Source: a virus (taxonomy: Duplodnaviria > Caudoviricetes). Taken from it: DNA of 61,697 nt. The notes under the pieces are model-generated. The model was not told the DNA's origin. It worked only from the letters and a program-made list of their open reading frames with translations, and searched no databases. Shown here piece after piece: positions 8,191 through 19,300 of this stretch. Made by a program: the position numbers and the translations under genes. Position 1 is the stretch's first letter. Each line of letters opens with the position of its first letter. Where the stretch lies: positions 1 through 61,697 of IMG/VR virus record IMGVR_UViG_3300032330_001838. The stretch is one strand, 5' to 3'.

Positions 8191-9567
8191 TTAAGATCCG
8201 CTACCGTTATTAAGTTCAAAAAATTTCTTTTTTAAGATATCCCTATCAAATGTATCAAAATTTTCATTTAATTTAACTGGTCTTTCTTTTTCCATTTCTT
8301 CTTCAGTCATTTCTTTATCATCAATATGTATATGACCCGTAGATGTGTCTATGACAGCTGCGTAAGTAACACCATCCATACCATATCTATTTTTCATAAT
8401 ATGAAATCTGCCTGTACCACCCGCTTTATCTTGACGTTTTCTTGACAATGACATCGCGAAATCTGTAATCATCATTTTATTATACGAACCAGCTGCTTTA
8501 TCACCTTCAATAACATTATCGTTAGCACCTGCTCTATTTACCTGACTAACTGACCAAATTGGTATTTTTAATTCTCTAGCTAAACCTTTAGTAGCAACAT
8601 AAACATCATCAATTTCTTCCTTACGTTCTTTACTTACACGATTTGCTCTTAATAAATCAACATAATCAATAATAACTAAATCTGGTGCGTCACCTAAATC
8701 CTTACATTTTTGAATATGTGATTCAATAGTACTTATAGTCGCTTTACCCATTGGATATTCTTTGATAATCAACTTACCGGGTAGTTTATCAATAGTTGCT
8801 TCAACCGTTTTTCTATGTTCTTGTATTTGAGCTACTGATATATTAGTGAAACAAGCGTCATATCTTTTACCAACATATGCTTCTGATAATTCTAATGTGT
8901 AATGACAGACATTATAACCTGCTTTAACTGCTGCTGCTCCTAATGCTATTAATGACCAACTCTTACCACCACCTGGGCCACCAAATATTAACCCAAAATC
9001 ACCTTCCCCTAGTCCACCTTGTAATAATTCATTAACTACATTCCATGGTGTGACAATAGGTTTTCTATATTCTTCACGATATCTATCTTCAACATCTTTA
9101 GTATACTCATGACCTATATTTTTATCCATTCCTGCTTTTAAAGCTGAATCAATTAAATGTCTAATATCATCATACATTCCTGATTGTAATAAATCTACTG
9201 ATGTTAGTAGTGCTTTCTTTAACTGTTGATTTTTACAAAAATTACTAAATTCAGCTTCTACATATTCAGCGTCTTCATTAGATGCTTTATATGATTCTTT
9301 TAATTGTTCAACTACAGATGTTTTTAAAACATCATTATCAATCTTTTTTACTTCAATATGAAGTGTATCTAATGTTGGAGTAGCGTGATACTTATCAAAA
9401 TACTTTACAATTTGATCAACTAAATACTGATGAGCTTGATTATCAAAATACTCTGGTGTTATAACATCCCTGATATTGAGAAGAAAATTTTTGTTTTTTA
9501 AAAGTGAACTAATTACTTTAGTTTGAAAACCTAATCCATAAACACTTAACTTATTAAACGCTACCAT
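8191..9567 (-). CDS. DnaB-like replicative helicase (T4 gp41-like)
   Basis: Walker A GGPGGGKS, YTLELSE, IIDYVDLL, SQVNR and KNRYG arginine finger. Confidence 0.92.
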   Translation of the reverse strand: MVAFNKLSVYGLGFQTKVISSLLKNKNFLLNIRDVITPEYFDNQAHQYLVDQIVKYFDKYHATPTLDTLHIEVKKIDNDVLKTSVVEQLKESYKASNEDAEYVEAEFSNFCKNQQLKKALLTSVDLLQSGMYDDIRHLIDSALKAGMDKNIGHEYTKDVEDRYREEYRKPIVTPWNVVNELLQGGLGEGDFGLIFGGPGGGKSWSLIALGAAAVKAGYNVCHYTLELSEAYVGKRYDACFTNISVAQIQEHRKTVEATIDKLPGKLIIKEYPMGKATISTIESHIQKCKDLGDAPDLVIIDYVDLLRANRVSKERKEEIDDVYVATKGLARELKIPIWSVSQVNRAGANDNVIEGDKAAGSYNKMMITDFAMSLSRKRQDKAGGTGRFHIMKNRYGMDGVTYAAVIDTSTGHIHIDDKEMTEEEMEKERPVKLNENFDTFDRDILKKKFFELNNGSGS

Positions 9568-9598
9568 AACTTTTATTTTATTTTAAATTTATAAAATT

Positions 9599-10258
9599 TT
9601 ATTTGTATTTCCAAATAAATCCTCCAGCAGTTTTACTTCTATTTTTTAAAACATGACCTATCATTTGATAAGTAACATTTATATTTAAAGAAGCTTCTCT
9701 AGCATTATTCCATTCTTTAATAAAATTATTTTGAGAATCATACTGTAATATTGATTTTCCTTTTCCTTTATTAGGACTACATCTTTGTTGTCTAGATAGA
9801 GATACTCCTGGCTTTTTAATTCCTTTCATTTTTTGTTTTGTTTCATCACTCTTTAATTTACCATAATTCCCATGATCTAAACCTTTTTTATGTTCTATAT
9901 GTTTATTTCCTAATAATGAATTTCTAATTTTATTTTTAACTATTTCTGATTTTGGTTTTATCATTTTAAGCCTAGTCTCTTTTGTATGGAAATTAGGTCC
10001 AGTTCCTCCCTCTTTATTAATATTAACTAATTCAAATCCCCAGACTCTAAATTGTTGTATCCAAAATGTTTCTAAAGGTTTCCAATCTTTTCTATATAAT
10101 GAATTAATTTGATCTATAATAGTATAATTTATTTTCTTACCAAATTTTCTTTTATGATTATTTTTTCTAGATTTTGGATTTTTAGTTTTACCTATATAAA
10201 CTTTATTAGGATCTCCATAACAATTTTCAACTAAATAAATGTAGGTGATATATATCAT
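9599..10258 (-). CDS. free-standing GIY-YIG homing endonuclease with NUMOD3/NUMOD1-like repeats
   Basis: YIYLV...VYIGKT..R, HTKETRLKM, KSDETKQKM, ILQYD...TAGGFIWK. Start moved from the track's 10276 to ATG 10258, 4 nt after an ATATTTAT motif. Confidence 0.82.
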   Translation of the reverse strand: MIYITYIYLVENCYGDPNKVYIGKTKNPKSRKNNHKRKFGKKINYTIIDQINSLYRKDWKPLETFWIQQFRVWGFELVNINKEGGTGPNFHTKETRLKMIKPKSEIVKNKIRNSLLGNKHIEHKKGLDHGNYGKLKSDETKQKMKGIKKPGVSLSRQQRCSPNKGKGKSILQYDSQNNFIKEWNNAREASLNINVTYQMIGHVLKNRSKTAGGFIWKYK

Positions 10259-10292
10259 ATTAATAAATATCCCCACACACGTTAAATGAGAC

Positions 10293-11339
10293 CTATTTTA
10301 TTTTATAAGATTGAAGATATGAGAATATTTCATTTAACCATATTTCAATATTAGGTATAGAGTTTTGAAGGCGATCCTCATTATACAATTTTAGAAAATG
10401 TAATTTATCTATTCTAGAAGGTTCGTTATTTAAAACTTTATCTATTTCAACAATACTGTCCTCTGGTATAATCGGATCTGATAAGTCCATTAATCTTTGA
10501 TTTGTAAGTAATTGTCTTTCATAATTACAAATATTTTCATACAAACCATGTTCTGTTCTTTTCTCTTTACTTTTATTTAATATTTCATCTAACGTAACTA
10601 CTTTTGTTTCAAAAATTTCTGGAAATAATTTTATTAATTTTTTATCACCTAATCCTTTTACTCCAGGTACATTATCTGAACTATCACCCATTAATATCTT
10701 TTTATTGATATAGTTGTAAGGTTCTAAACCATAATCTTCCTTAACTAACTTAGGTGTGTAAAACTTTTTCTTGATAGGAGAATATACTGTTACTTTATCA
10801 TTTACTAATTGTAAAAAATCTTGATCAGCTGACATTATATAAACTTCATCATCTGCTTTAGTTACAATATGTCCTATAACATCATCTGCTTCTACTTTAT
10901 CAATAGATAACATATCAACAGGTAAACATCTTAGATATTGAACTAAACGTACAATTTGATTTTCAATAGAATCAGCTTCATCTTCTTTATCATCAAATCC
11001 ATCCCAATTAGTAATACGAGTAAGTTTTCTATTTGCCTTGTAATCAGGAAATAAATTCTTTTTATTAACTGTACTACCAGTCCCATCAAATACTAGAATT
11101 ACTCTAGTTGGTTTTATATGTCGAATTGCAAAACCAATCGATTTTAAGAACCCAGTGAGCCCACCGATGTGGGCTCCATTTGGGTTCATATGATTGATCA
11201 TGGCAAAGCTCCGCAAAAAGGTATTCATCGAGTCTATAAGTAACACTTTACTATTTAAATGTAATGGTTCGTCTTTAGACTGTTTTATATTGTCAAGCAT
11301 CTGCTTGAATGTGTTATTCTTCATCATTATCAATTTCAA
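10293..11339 (-). CDS. 5'-3' exonuclease / flap endonuclease (PolI N-terminal / T4 RNase H family)
   Basis: LIDSMNTFLR, VFDG, YKANR, EADDVIG, SADQDFLQL and GDSSDNVPGVKGLG. True start is probably 11324 or 11300. Confidence 0.92.
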   Translation of the reverse strand: MKLIMMKNNTFKQMLDNIKQSKDEPLHLNSKVLLIDSMNTFLRSFAMINHMNPNGAHIGGLTGFLKSIGFAIRHIKPTRVILVFDGTGSTVNKKNLFPDYKANRKLTRITNWDGFDDKEDEADSIENQIVRLVQYLRCLPVDMLSIDKVEADDVIGHIVTKADDEVYIMSADQDFLQLVNDKVTVYSPIKKKFYTPKLVKEDYGLEPYNYINKKILMGDSSDNVPGVKGLGDKKLIKLFPEIFETKVVTLDEILNKSKEKRTEHGLYENICNYERQLLTNQRLMDLSDPIIPEDSIVEIDKVLNNEPSRIDKLHFLKLYNEDRLQNSIPNIEIWLNEIFSYLQSYKIK

Positions 11340-12414
11340 TCATGGGAGATATTTTACTACTTTCTTCCCATTCACTATTATCTTCAGTGACTTGTATTTC
11401 GTCAATATTGACTTTTTCTCCAAACCATTCTGCAGCGTGAGCGGCTTTATATGCTTTCTCATCATCTTTATCATCTGGAATAAATCCATGTGGTGTAACA
11501 ATTACTGTTGATGTAGTGGCAATTCCACAGTCAGCGTGAATTTTATCAATTGATATTTTAGTACGTTTAGCAAATTCTACTTTCTTACCCTTATGTTGAG
11601 CGTGAATCTTACTTGTACCACTATTAGTAACATTACCAAATGTAATTACTAATGAAGCATCCCAATACATTGTATTACCACCTTTATTAGTCATTCTTGG
11701 TTGACTCATAGGTGTAAGTGCTGGTTGAACTCCTACTTTATTAATTACAAAGAATGTGTTAGTGAACTGATAATTTTCTTTACGCGACATTGGAAACTTC
11801 TGATTAATAAAGTTACCAAATTGTGTAGACATAGCTCCTGCGTTCCACATTGGATTGTTTTTACCTTGTTCAATACTTAAATCACATGGTATTGAACCTA
11901 CTGAATCCCATAAGAATAATAAGTCATGAGGTAAGTTACCTTTCTTTTGTTCGTCTAACAAGTCAGCAATAAACGCAGCTACATCTTCAATTGAATTTAA
12001 ATTCGATCTATCAACGTATAGAAAGAAACCCTTATAATTCATTAATTCACCTGTTCCTTCATCAGGAACACCTTCACATTGGAATCCCATTTTTTGAGCG
12101 TGGGCAAAATCCCATTTCATTTCAGTGATTATGAATACAGGTAAAATACCCATTTTCTGAGCGGCTACAGCAGCTTCAATTAATAGCGTTGTTTTACCCG
12201 TATCCGAACCACCTCTAGCTATTGTAATGTGACCCATTGGTACACCTGGAATAGATAGAGCGTCCTGAACTGCTGGTGAGAATGGAATCCATTTCTGTGC
12301 TTTAAATTTAGACGATTGGTCTAAATGTTTTGTTTTCTTGAACTTGTCAAGATCAAATGTACCTTTAATTGCTTGCGATACACTTGCATTTACACTTTTA
12401 GCAGCTTTGGCCAT
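11314..12414 (-). CDS. recA: RecA/UvsX-like recombinase
   Basis: ALSIPGVPMGHI, Walker A GGSDTGKTT, FLWDSVG Walker B, INKV and KGG..MY motifs; adjacent to SSB. Confidence 0.85.
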   Translation of the reverse strand: MAKAAKSVNASVSQAIKGTFDLDKFKKTKHLDQSSKFKAQKWIPFSPAVQDALSIPGVPMGHITIARGGSDTGKTTLLIEAAVAAQKMGILPVFIITEMKWDFAHAQKMGFQCEGVPDEGTGELMNYKGFFLYVDRSNLNSIEDVAAFIADLLDEQKKGNLPHDLLFLWDSVGSIPCDLSIEQGKNNPMWNAGAMSTQFGNFINQKFPMSRKENYQFTNTFFVINKVGVQPALTPMSQPRMTNKGGNTMYWDASLVITFGNVTNSGTSKIHAQHKGKKVEFAKRTKISIDKIHADCGIATTSTVIVTPHGFIPDDKDDEKAYKAAHAAEWFGEKVNIDEIQVTEDNSEWEESSKISPMIEIDNDEE

Positions 12415-12416
12415 AA

Positions 12417-13226
12417 TTAGTCTTTAAATAGTTCATCAAATTCGTTTTCATCAAATCCTTTCTTAGCTTTAGTATTTAACGTATAGTTAGATTTTGGAGC
12501 TTCAGCAAACGGTGATTCAACAACTTCATCAGTTGTTTCTTCAGCAGCGTTATCATCAGCTGGTTCTAACCATTCCATTAACATGGTTTTCATTTCGTCA
12601 AACTCATACTTTTTGTAAAGCGTAAGTACATCTGGTTGTTCACTAATCCATTTTTTGATAACTTCGTTATCGTCAGTTAGCGCTGATGTTTTTGGTTTAA
12701 TACGAATAGATGACTTATTAAACTTAGTGCCTGTTACTTCAGGACCAACAGTATCAACTGTTAAGTCTCTACCATCCATGATGTCTGTGTAATCACCGAT
12801 ATCATCATCTTCAGCGATACCTAATAATTCAAGATACATTTCCTTACCAAATTGCCACATGCGAACACCTTTGTCTTCTTCACCACGTACAATAACTGGT
12901 ACGAATACTCTCATTTTAGGTTCGATTTTTTTAGCTAATGACCAATTTTCCTTGTCACTAGTTTTACGTAGTTGTTGAGCAAATTCTACAATTGGATCCT
13001 TTTCACCAAAGTTAGTCAATGACAACATGGTTTTGTTTCCAATACCATAATGGAACATTACTTCTTTGAACGGATTTGACTTGTTGAATTTAGACGGTAC
13101 AATACGAATAACTGATTTACCAACTGATGGTACCCAGAAATTTTTAGCGCGGTCATCTTTATTACCGCCACCTTTACCTTTGTTTTGCAACGATTGCATA
13201 CGCTGCTTAATCTGATTTAAATCCAT
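12417..13226 (-). CDS. single-stranded DNA-binding protein (T4 gp32-like)
   Basis: FW.P..GK..IRIVP, DPIVEF, W.FGK, DI.DGRDL motifs and acidic C-terminal tail FDELFKD. Confidence 0.85.
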   Translation of the reverse strand: MDLNQIKQRMQSLQNKGKGGGNKDDRAKNFWVPSVGKSVIRIVPSKFNKSNPFKEVMFHYGIGNKTMLSLTNFGEKDPIVEFAQQLRKTSDKENWSLAKKIEPKMRVFVPVIVRGEEDKGVRMWQFGKEMYLELLGIAEDDDIGDYTDIMDGRDLTVDTVGPEVTGTKFNKSSIRIKPKTSALTDDNEVIKKWISEQPDVLTLYKKYEFDEMKTMLMEWLEPADDNAAEETTDEVVESPFAEAPKSNYTLNTKAKKGFDENEFDELFKD

Positions 13227-13257
13227 GTTATAACTGTTTATTTTTAAATTGTATAAT

Positions 13258-13289
13258 TAAATATAGTATCAAAATTTTCGGAGGCCAAA
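13258..13289 (-). promoter_or_regulatory. Bacteroidota-type promoter TTTG-N20-TATATTTA upstream of SSB
   Basis: TTTG at 13286-13289, 20-nt spacer, TATATTTA at 13258-13265. Confidence 0.65.
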
Positions 13290-13303
13290 CCTAAGTTAAC
13301 AAG

Positions 13304-13323
13304 AGCCTTCATTTCTGAAGGCT
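13304..13323 (-). terminator. intrinsic terminator
   Basis: AGCCTTCA-GAAA-TGAAGGCT (GNRA loop) followed by CTTGTT on the coding strand. Confidence 0.65.
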
Positions 13324-13356
13324 ATGTTTTATTTTTTAATTATTAATTATTATTTT

Positions 13357-14001
13357 TTATACTAATTGTTTAACTTCTGGAGATGGATTTTGAATTTTAA
13401 CACCTATCTCACCATCTTTCTTTTCAAGCGGATATAATTTATCAATATTGTATGTTTTAACTATTGTACTATCATCTTCTTTATCTATTCCTTTTGAAAA
13501 ATCTTTTAAAATTTGATCAGTTATTATATCAAAGACTTCATTATATTCTTCATTACTTAACAGTTTCAATTGTTTTTTATTAGCATCCCATATTCTTAAA
13601 TTAATTAACTTATCAGATTTATTAGGGATGTAAATAACTAATTCTATTGAACGTACTGGTAATTTTTGAATGGCTTTACTTTGTTTTAAAATACTATTTT
13701 TCTCAATTATTTTTTTAGTTAAATCTGATAAAAATTGAGCATACCTTGGATCTTCTGTATTTTTAAGACGATCATTAAATGTATGATCTACATCAATTGC
13801 TATTTTTTTATCAGGATCTAAATTCTTTTTATGTATTTTATTAACTACATCACCAATCTTATCAGCGGCCCATTCAAAAGGCACCCAATAAAATTCATTT
13901 ATTTGATTTTTTTCTTTATTTAATGCGTCACGATATTCACCTTCAGTGATTATTCCAGCTATACGCTGCATTCTTTTGATTTCGTTAATTGGTTTTTTCA
14001 T
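13357..14001 (-). CDS. hypothetical protein with N-terminal INE-IKRMQRIAGIITE tag (putative capsid cargo)
   Basis: 214 aa ORF with its own ATATTTAT motif and terminator. The N-terminal motif matches the scaffold C-terminus. Confidence 0.7.
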   Translation of the reverse strand: MKKPINEIKRMQRIAGIITEGEYRDALNKEKNQINEFYWVPFEWAADKIGDVVNKIHKKNLDPDKKIAIDVDHTFNDRLKNTEDPRYAQFLSDLTKKIIEKNSILKQSKAIQKLPVRSIELVIYIPNKSDKLINLRIWDANKKQLKLLSNEEYNEVFDIITDQILKDFSKGIDKEDDSTIVKTYNIDKLYPLEKKDGEIGVKIQNPSPEVKQLV

Positions 14002-14013
14002 GAATATAAATAT

Positions 14014-14433
14014 TTACAAATTAATTATTTTAAAAATAGTTGTTTCTAATTTTCTTAAGTCGGGACCATTTGTCAATAAAATGGTATTCCTGTAGTCGTT
14101 CCAATTTACTCTGTAATTTGGATCTGCATAACCGTTATTCAATGATTTGATTAAAGTGTTCAAAGCATTAATTGTATATAACGAATTTGATTCTTTCTTG
14201 CGGTGAACAAGAATTGTATTTGGTAATACTGTAGTCATACTTAAATTACCTGGATCGATATTGTAAGTACAAATTAACTCATCACTATCTTTTGATTCTA
14301 AAATGAAAATTTTATTATAAAGGATAGTATAACGACTTGTTATTGTATCAATTGTTTCCTTAATGTCTTCTTTCTTAGAGAAAGTTGAAAATAATTTATT
14401 AGCCAACTCTTGTATTGTTATGTTATATTCCAT
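14014..14433 (-). CDS. hypothetical protein
   Basis: Track ORF 14014..14478; likely start ATG 14433, just after the polymerase stop. Confidence 0.7.
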   Translation of the reverse strand: MEYNITIQELANKLFSTFSKKEDIKETIDTITSRYTILYNKIFILESKDSDELICTYNIDPGNLSMTTVLPNTILVHRKKESNSLYTINALNTLIKSLNNGYADPNYRVNWNDYRNTILLTNGPDLRKLETTIFKIINL

Positions 14434-14440
14434 AAATATG

Positions 14441-15679
14441 TTATTTTTGTGCCAAAACGCCATAATTCTCGCCGACACTCATACGCGTTGGGAAACCATC
14501 AGCTTCTAGTTCTTGTTTAATTAATGGTAATAATTTTTTAATTTCTGATTTATCTATATCAAGTAGTATTGAATCGTAAGTGTATAATACTATTTTTGAT
14601 TTTTTATTTTCTAGTAATTTTAATACACGTTCTAATGTAATAACATTATAGTATGTCTCATATGATTGGATTAAGTAACTTAATAGTTTATTTCTATTAG
14701 CGTGAGTGTTCTTATCTAAATGTATTAGTTTATTACATGCTAATAGTAAACCACCATTTATAGCAAACGTTTTATATTTGTCACCTAAGAATCCATTTAG
14801 TTTTTGAAAAAATGGTATGTCTTTATATTCGTCTTTTATACCACCATATAAGTTTTGAAACATTACTTCTTTAGGTACTTCATCATATGGATCACCATTA
14901 AATGTATGTCCTATTTCCTTAGCAATTATTCGTGGATGATAAGCACTATAATCAAATTCAACTAAAACATAATTATTTGGTTCAAATGATTCACGTGCCT
15001 GGTCTTTAGGAAGTGCGGCGAAATTAACTCCATTAAATGCGTTTGAGGGACGAGTAGTTAAATTATATAGATTATATTGTGAATAAACTGTATTCCCATA
15101 AATCGAATTATCTTTCCAAGTAACTTCAAAATGTTTATTGAATTTTTTAGGATCAATACCTATACCATTTTTTTCTATTTGATAAAATACATTTGTAAAT
15201 TTTGTATTTAGAAATTCATTTACTGGCTCTAATGTAATATCATTATATATGTTTTCCCATTTTTCATAATGTTTAGGTATGGGTATAAGTGAATTTAATT
15301 CTGATAAGTAATATTTTTGTTTATTGAAATTAGTATGTACTGGTGTATCATAATTTGATTCGTCAATATACTTATTGAAATTTAAATCATATAAGTTATT
15401 ATGATTTAGAAAATACATGTGGTATTTTTTATCTAGTACATAAACGTTATCATGACTTGATATAAACGTTTTAACTTCATCCCATTCTAATTTAAATGCT
15501 TCATTATGATCAATAGGTAATATATAACCTTTTTCTCCATTATGATAATATACTAAACATGGTTTAGTTAAAGCAGGATGAACATTATCATTTTGAGAAA
15601 TGATATTCACAAAACACTGTTGTGATAAGTCTCGCTGTAAGTAGTTTAGTTGTTCTTTTGTTTCGACAATGTAATACAT
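14441..15679 (-). CDS. polA: compact family A DNA polymerase
   Basis: TTRPSN (cf. TGRLSS), motif A EFDYSAYHPRII, motif B KEVMFQNLYG, YLIQSYE (cf. NxxIQG), motif C YTYDSILLD, and a degenerate N-terminal 3'-5' exo-like region (YILPIDH). Confidence 0.8.
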   Translation of the reverse strand: MYYIVETKEQLNYLQRDLSQQCFVNIISQNDNVHPALTKPCLVYYHNGEKGYILPIDHNEAFKLEWDEVKTFISSHDNVYVLDKKYHMYFLNHNNLYDLNFNKYIDESNYDTPVHTNFNKQKYYLSELNSLIPIPKHYEKWENIYNDITLEPVNEFLNTKFTNVFYQIEKNGIGIDPKKFNKHFEVTWKDNSIYGNTVYSQYNLYNLTTRPSNAFNGVNFAALPKDQARESFEPNNYVLVEFDYSAYHPRIIAKEIGHTFNGDPYDEVPKEVMFQNLYGGIKDEYKDIPFFQKLNGFLGDKYKTFAINGGLLLACNKLIHLDKNTHANRNKLLSYLIQSYETYYNVITLERVLKLLENKKSKIVLYTYDSILLDIDKSEIKKLLPLIKQELEADGFPTRMSVGENYGVLAQK

Positions 15680-15695
15680 AACCTTAATTATAATT

Positions 15696-15727
15696 TAAAT
15701 ATAATAAGGTTAAAGTGAACTTCCAAA
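15696..15727 (-). promoter_or_regulatory. Bacteroidota-type promoter TTTG-N20-TATATTTA upstream of the polymerase
   Basis: TTTG at 15724-15727, 20-nt spacer, TATATTTA at 15696-15703. Confidence 0.65.
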
Positions 15728-16306
15728 TTGTCTTAAATCTGTAAAATATAAAGAAACATTAGGTATTGTTTTTTCAGCTTCAGCTATTGCTCTTTTATTT
15801 GTATCTATTATACCTGCTCTAGTTCTAATATTTCCATCATAAATATCATACCATGGACCTGTTATTTTCCAAATAACATTAACAAATTGATAAAGTAATT
15901 GTAAGTTTGGTTCTTGACTAACTAAATTATATTTGTTAAATCTAACCTCAACAAAATCATTAGGTAATGAACTAATAATAGGTTTTAATAAAAATCGTAC
16001 AAAATATCCTTTATTGTAATCATTCTCTGTAGGTATAATATAATCGGGTGCTATAACAGTATTTGGCATAGCTTTAGGATTCAAAGAAGCATATATTCCA
16101 TTTTGTACCTGAGTTATATTGTTAGGTATATCATCTGGTATTATTCTTTGTAATGGTTGGCTATTATTACTATAAGTAATACCAGTGTAAACATTATTGT
16201 TAATATCTATAAAGTAAGGACCAGTGTATGGTTGAGCATTTTTATAAGTAAACTCATACCCATTAGTATATCCTGTAGATTTAATATTTGATAAAGGTAT
16301 ATACAT
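15710..16306 (-). CDS. hypothetical protein, probably baseplate-associated
   Basis: Last gene of the tail/baseplate operon; PT..DY.KGYF.RF and WKITGP motifs. Confidence 0.55.
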   Translation of the reverse strand: MYIPLSNIKSTGYTNGYEFTYKNAQPYTGPYFIDINNNVYTGITYSNNSQPLQRIIPDDIPNNITQVQNGIYASLNPKAMPNTVIAPDYIIPTENDYNKGYFVRFLLKPIISSLPNDFVEVRFNKYNLVSQEPNLQLLYQFVNVIWKITGPWYDIYDGNIRTRAGIIDTNKRAIAEAEKTIPNVSLYFTDLRQFGSSL

Positions 16307-16318
16307 TATAATAAATAA

Positions 16319-19300
16319 TTAATAAATAGAAAAATATTTGTCTCCAGGTGAACTTAAATCACTTACAATAGGTTTAGCTTGGTCAGGTATTGTCACTAAA
16401 AATCCTTCATTAGGTGTACTTGTTTTTACAGATTCTATACATAAGTATGTGTAGAATACTTTAGATAATGATGTTGTATCTAGATTTTTAGTTCCTGATT
16501 TAAAAGGTATTTTAAACTTATAATCCACTACTTCATTATTATTTATCATTACTTTCTCTTCTTGCATAAATCCAGCTTCAACTAGTGAATTTATTTTAAA
16601 TGAATAATTTCTATAAGGATCAGGTACAAAATATTTGTTCCATCCTGATCTCATTGTTGTTATAAAATTTGGGTCTCTAAAAAGAAAACAATCAGCGGTA
16701 GCTGTTGACTCTCTAAATTGCCCAGCACTAAAATTACCATCACCATCAGTGTCAATAGAAAAAGGTATATTAAATAGACCTGATATATCTTCATATTTTT
16801 CTATGATTTTCACTGGTTTTCCATCAATTTCTGTTAAAACAGTAGCATTAATATCAGTTGAAAAAGTAATATCTGGGTATTTGGCTTTAGCTTTAGGTAA
16901 CCATATTGTTTCATAATAATTTTTAAAATTCCATATTAATCCAAAATCTTTAAATGCTGTGTCGTATGGTCCTAGTATTTTTGATTTAGTATCTCCGTTT
17001 GTTTTAAAAAGAGGAAAAACAGCATCTACTCGATCACCGTTTTTATATCTTCTAATTGCATTTTTATCTCTTAAAAAAGATTCTTCATTAAGTTCAATAT
17101 ATGATTGAGCAGCTTTTTGAACAGTTGATGCTCCAGAACCTTTAGATGCGAAAAAAGAGCTCGCTACATAAGTCATATAGTCAGCTACTACACTCCATAA
17201 TATTATATTTGATTTTCTTACTTCTAATATCTTAGTTAAATCTCTTTGTAATTGAGTTTTGTCTACATCTTCTCTTTTTATTGACTCATTATCTAATAAA
17301 CAACATTGTGTTTTTAATGTTGTTATCCAATCATTATTTTGTAAACTATGAGCTATACCTGTTATAATAAAACCAATATTTCTATTGACATAAGTTTGAG
17401 GTAAGATATTTTTATTAATTGTGAAAACTTGGCCTTGAACAAACCCAGCTATACCATCTAATACTATTTCTAATTCAAAAGGTATAATAGCTTTAAAATC
17501 TGTATCTTTTCCATTTATCTGATATTGAAGAGTTTTTAGTAAAGCAGAAGCATTAGTTACTTCTTGAGAGGTTGGATATATTATTCTAGGACCAATTGAT
17601 GAGTTTGTTTCTATACCCGCGCATTTAACAATTAAATAATTTTGTAAAGTTATTATATTATTAAAAGCTTCTTGTGCTTGTTGAAAAGAAGTTTTATTAT
17701 CAGCTAATATTTGCTTTTGCGGTATTATTCTGTCTTGTAATCCTTTATTAAAAAAATTCTGAGTTGATGAATAAACATCGCCAACATTACTTCTAGCACC
17801 TGCTCCGATAGCTATCATTGTTGATTGAGATTCGAATATACGAGATGTGATTTTTACATCTCGACATATACTTTTTAATCCAATAAGATCAAATTCATAT
17901 TTTTTATTTCCTTTTTTTTCTAGATATTTTACATCTATTATTTGTATTGTGCTTTTAGTAGTATGAAGTTGAAAATCATTTATACCACCTAAAGCTTTAG
18001 ATACTTGAGATAATAGCTCTTGTAAGAAAGGTATTAACATTATGTCAGTATTACTACCACCTTTACCCCTATATATTTCAAGTATTTTAGGTATAGCTAC
18101 ATATATATCACCTATATTTCCAAGATTAGTTGAATCAGAAAGTAAAAATTCAGGTAATGATAATGTAGTAAGATTACTTCTAACCCCATTTTCATCTAAA
18201 GTTATAGCAACTAATGTTTTTGGATTAAATCCATCACTTGCTTGTGTTATAAATGTAGCTTGAGAATTTTTAATAATACAAGTACCTGGGTCTACAGATA
18301 CACTATCAATACTAGCTAAACATGGGGTACCTTTTGGGATCACAATCTGAGATATAATTTTACCATTGTGGTCTTTTATATTAAAGTATAAGTTTAAGAT
18401 AGTGATAAGATCACTCATACTTATATATTCTATACCAGTTCCATCATATCCATCTGTTTGAAGTATAACTCCAAGATATGATCCTAAACCAATAGAAGGA
18501 GTTGATTTATTATAAGTGATTAAATTTGGAGTTTTTGAGAGTCTATTATTTAAATCAGTACTAAAACTAGTTACTGAGTCTGTTGTGATACTAGATCCAG
18601 AGGCAAATTGCCCAACAATTTCTGAAGATTTTTTGAATTCAGATGAATTAATAGCTCCAGCGCAATTTAAAAATATTTGTTCAAATAAGGATAATGGAGG
18701 AGAATCAGTACTAAAACTTGATTGAAAGTTAATAGCATTAGAATTTAGTTTTAAACCAGTTAATATTTCACCTCTAGAGATTAAAACTGTTGTACATTCA
18801 AATCCACCATTAGGCATTAAACTCCAAGAGAAATTTTTAATATGTCCTAACATAGCGTCATAGTTACCACATGTTTTAATTTGTAAATTCTCTATATAAT
18901 CATATATGACTTCATCAGATGTTTTATCTTTTGGAGGATTTAAAATAGCATTATTTGTTTCAGAAAATATATCAAGTGTTGGGTAATCAAAATTTGTTAT
19001 CCTAATATCATCTAACTTTGAATATGGACTATATTGATTACCATTAATAAATCCTGATTTTAAGTATTGAGACCAGCCCCATTCAAGAAGAACAGTATAT
19101 CCTGTTCTCATGTAAAGTAACTCTAATTCTTCAAGTTGGTGTTTATCCCAGGCGTAAAATTTAACAACAGCTTCTCGTAAAGAACCATATGCTGATTTAT
19201 TTGTTATTTCAATTGATGTTATACCAGGCATTGGTCTATATCCAAATGGACGATACGAGCCTTGAGCTATAGTACCTCCTACATCAATATTACTAGCGTA

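Noticed and set aside
5513-15679. Introns or inteins in nrdJ, helicase, recA or polymerase
   Set aside because: All are continuous ORFs of normal or short length with no intein terminal motifs; the endonucleases are intergenic.
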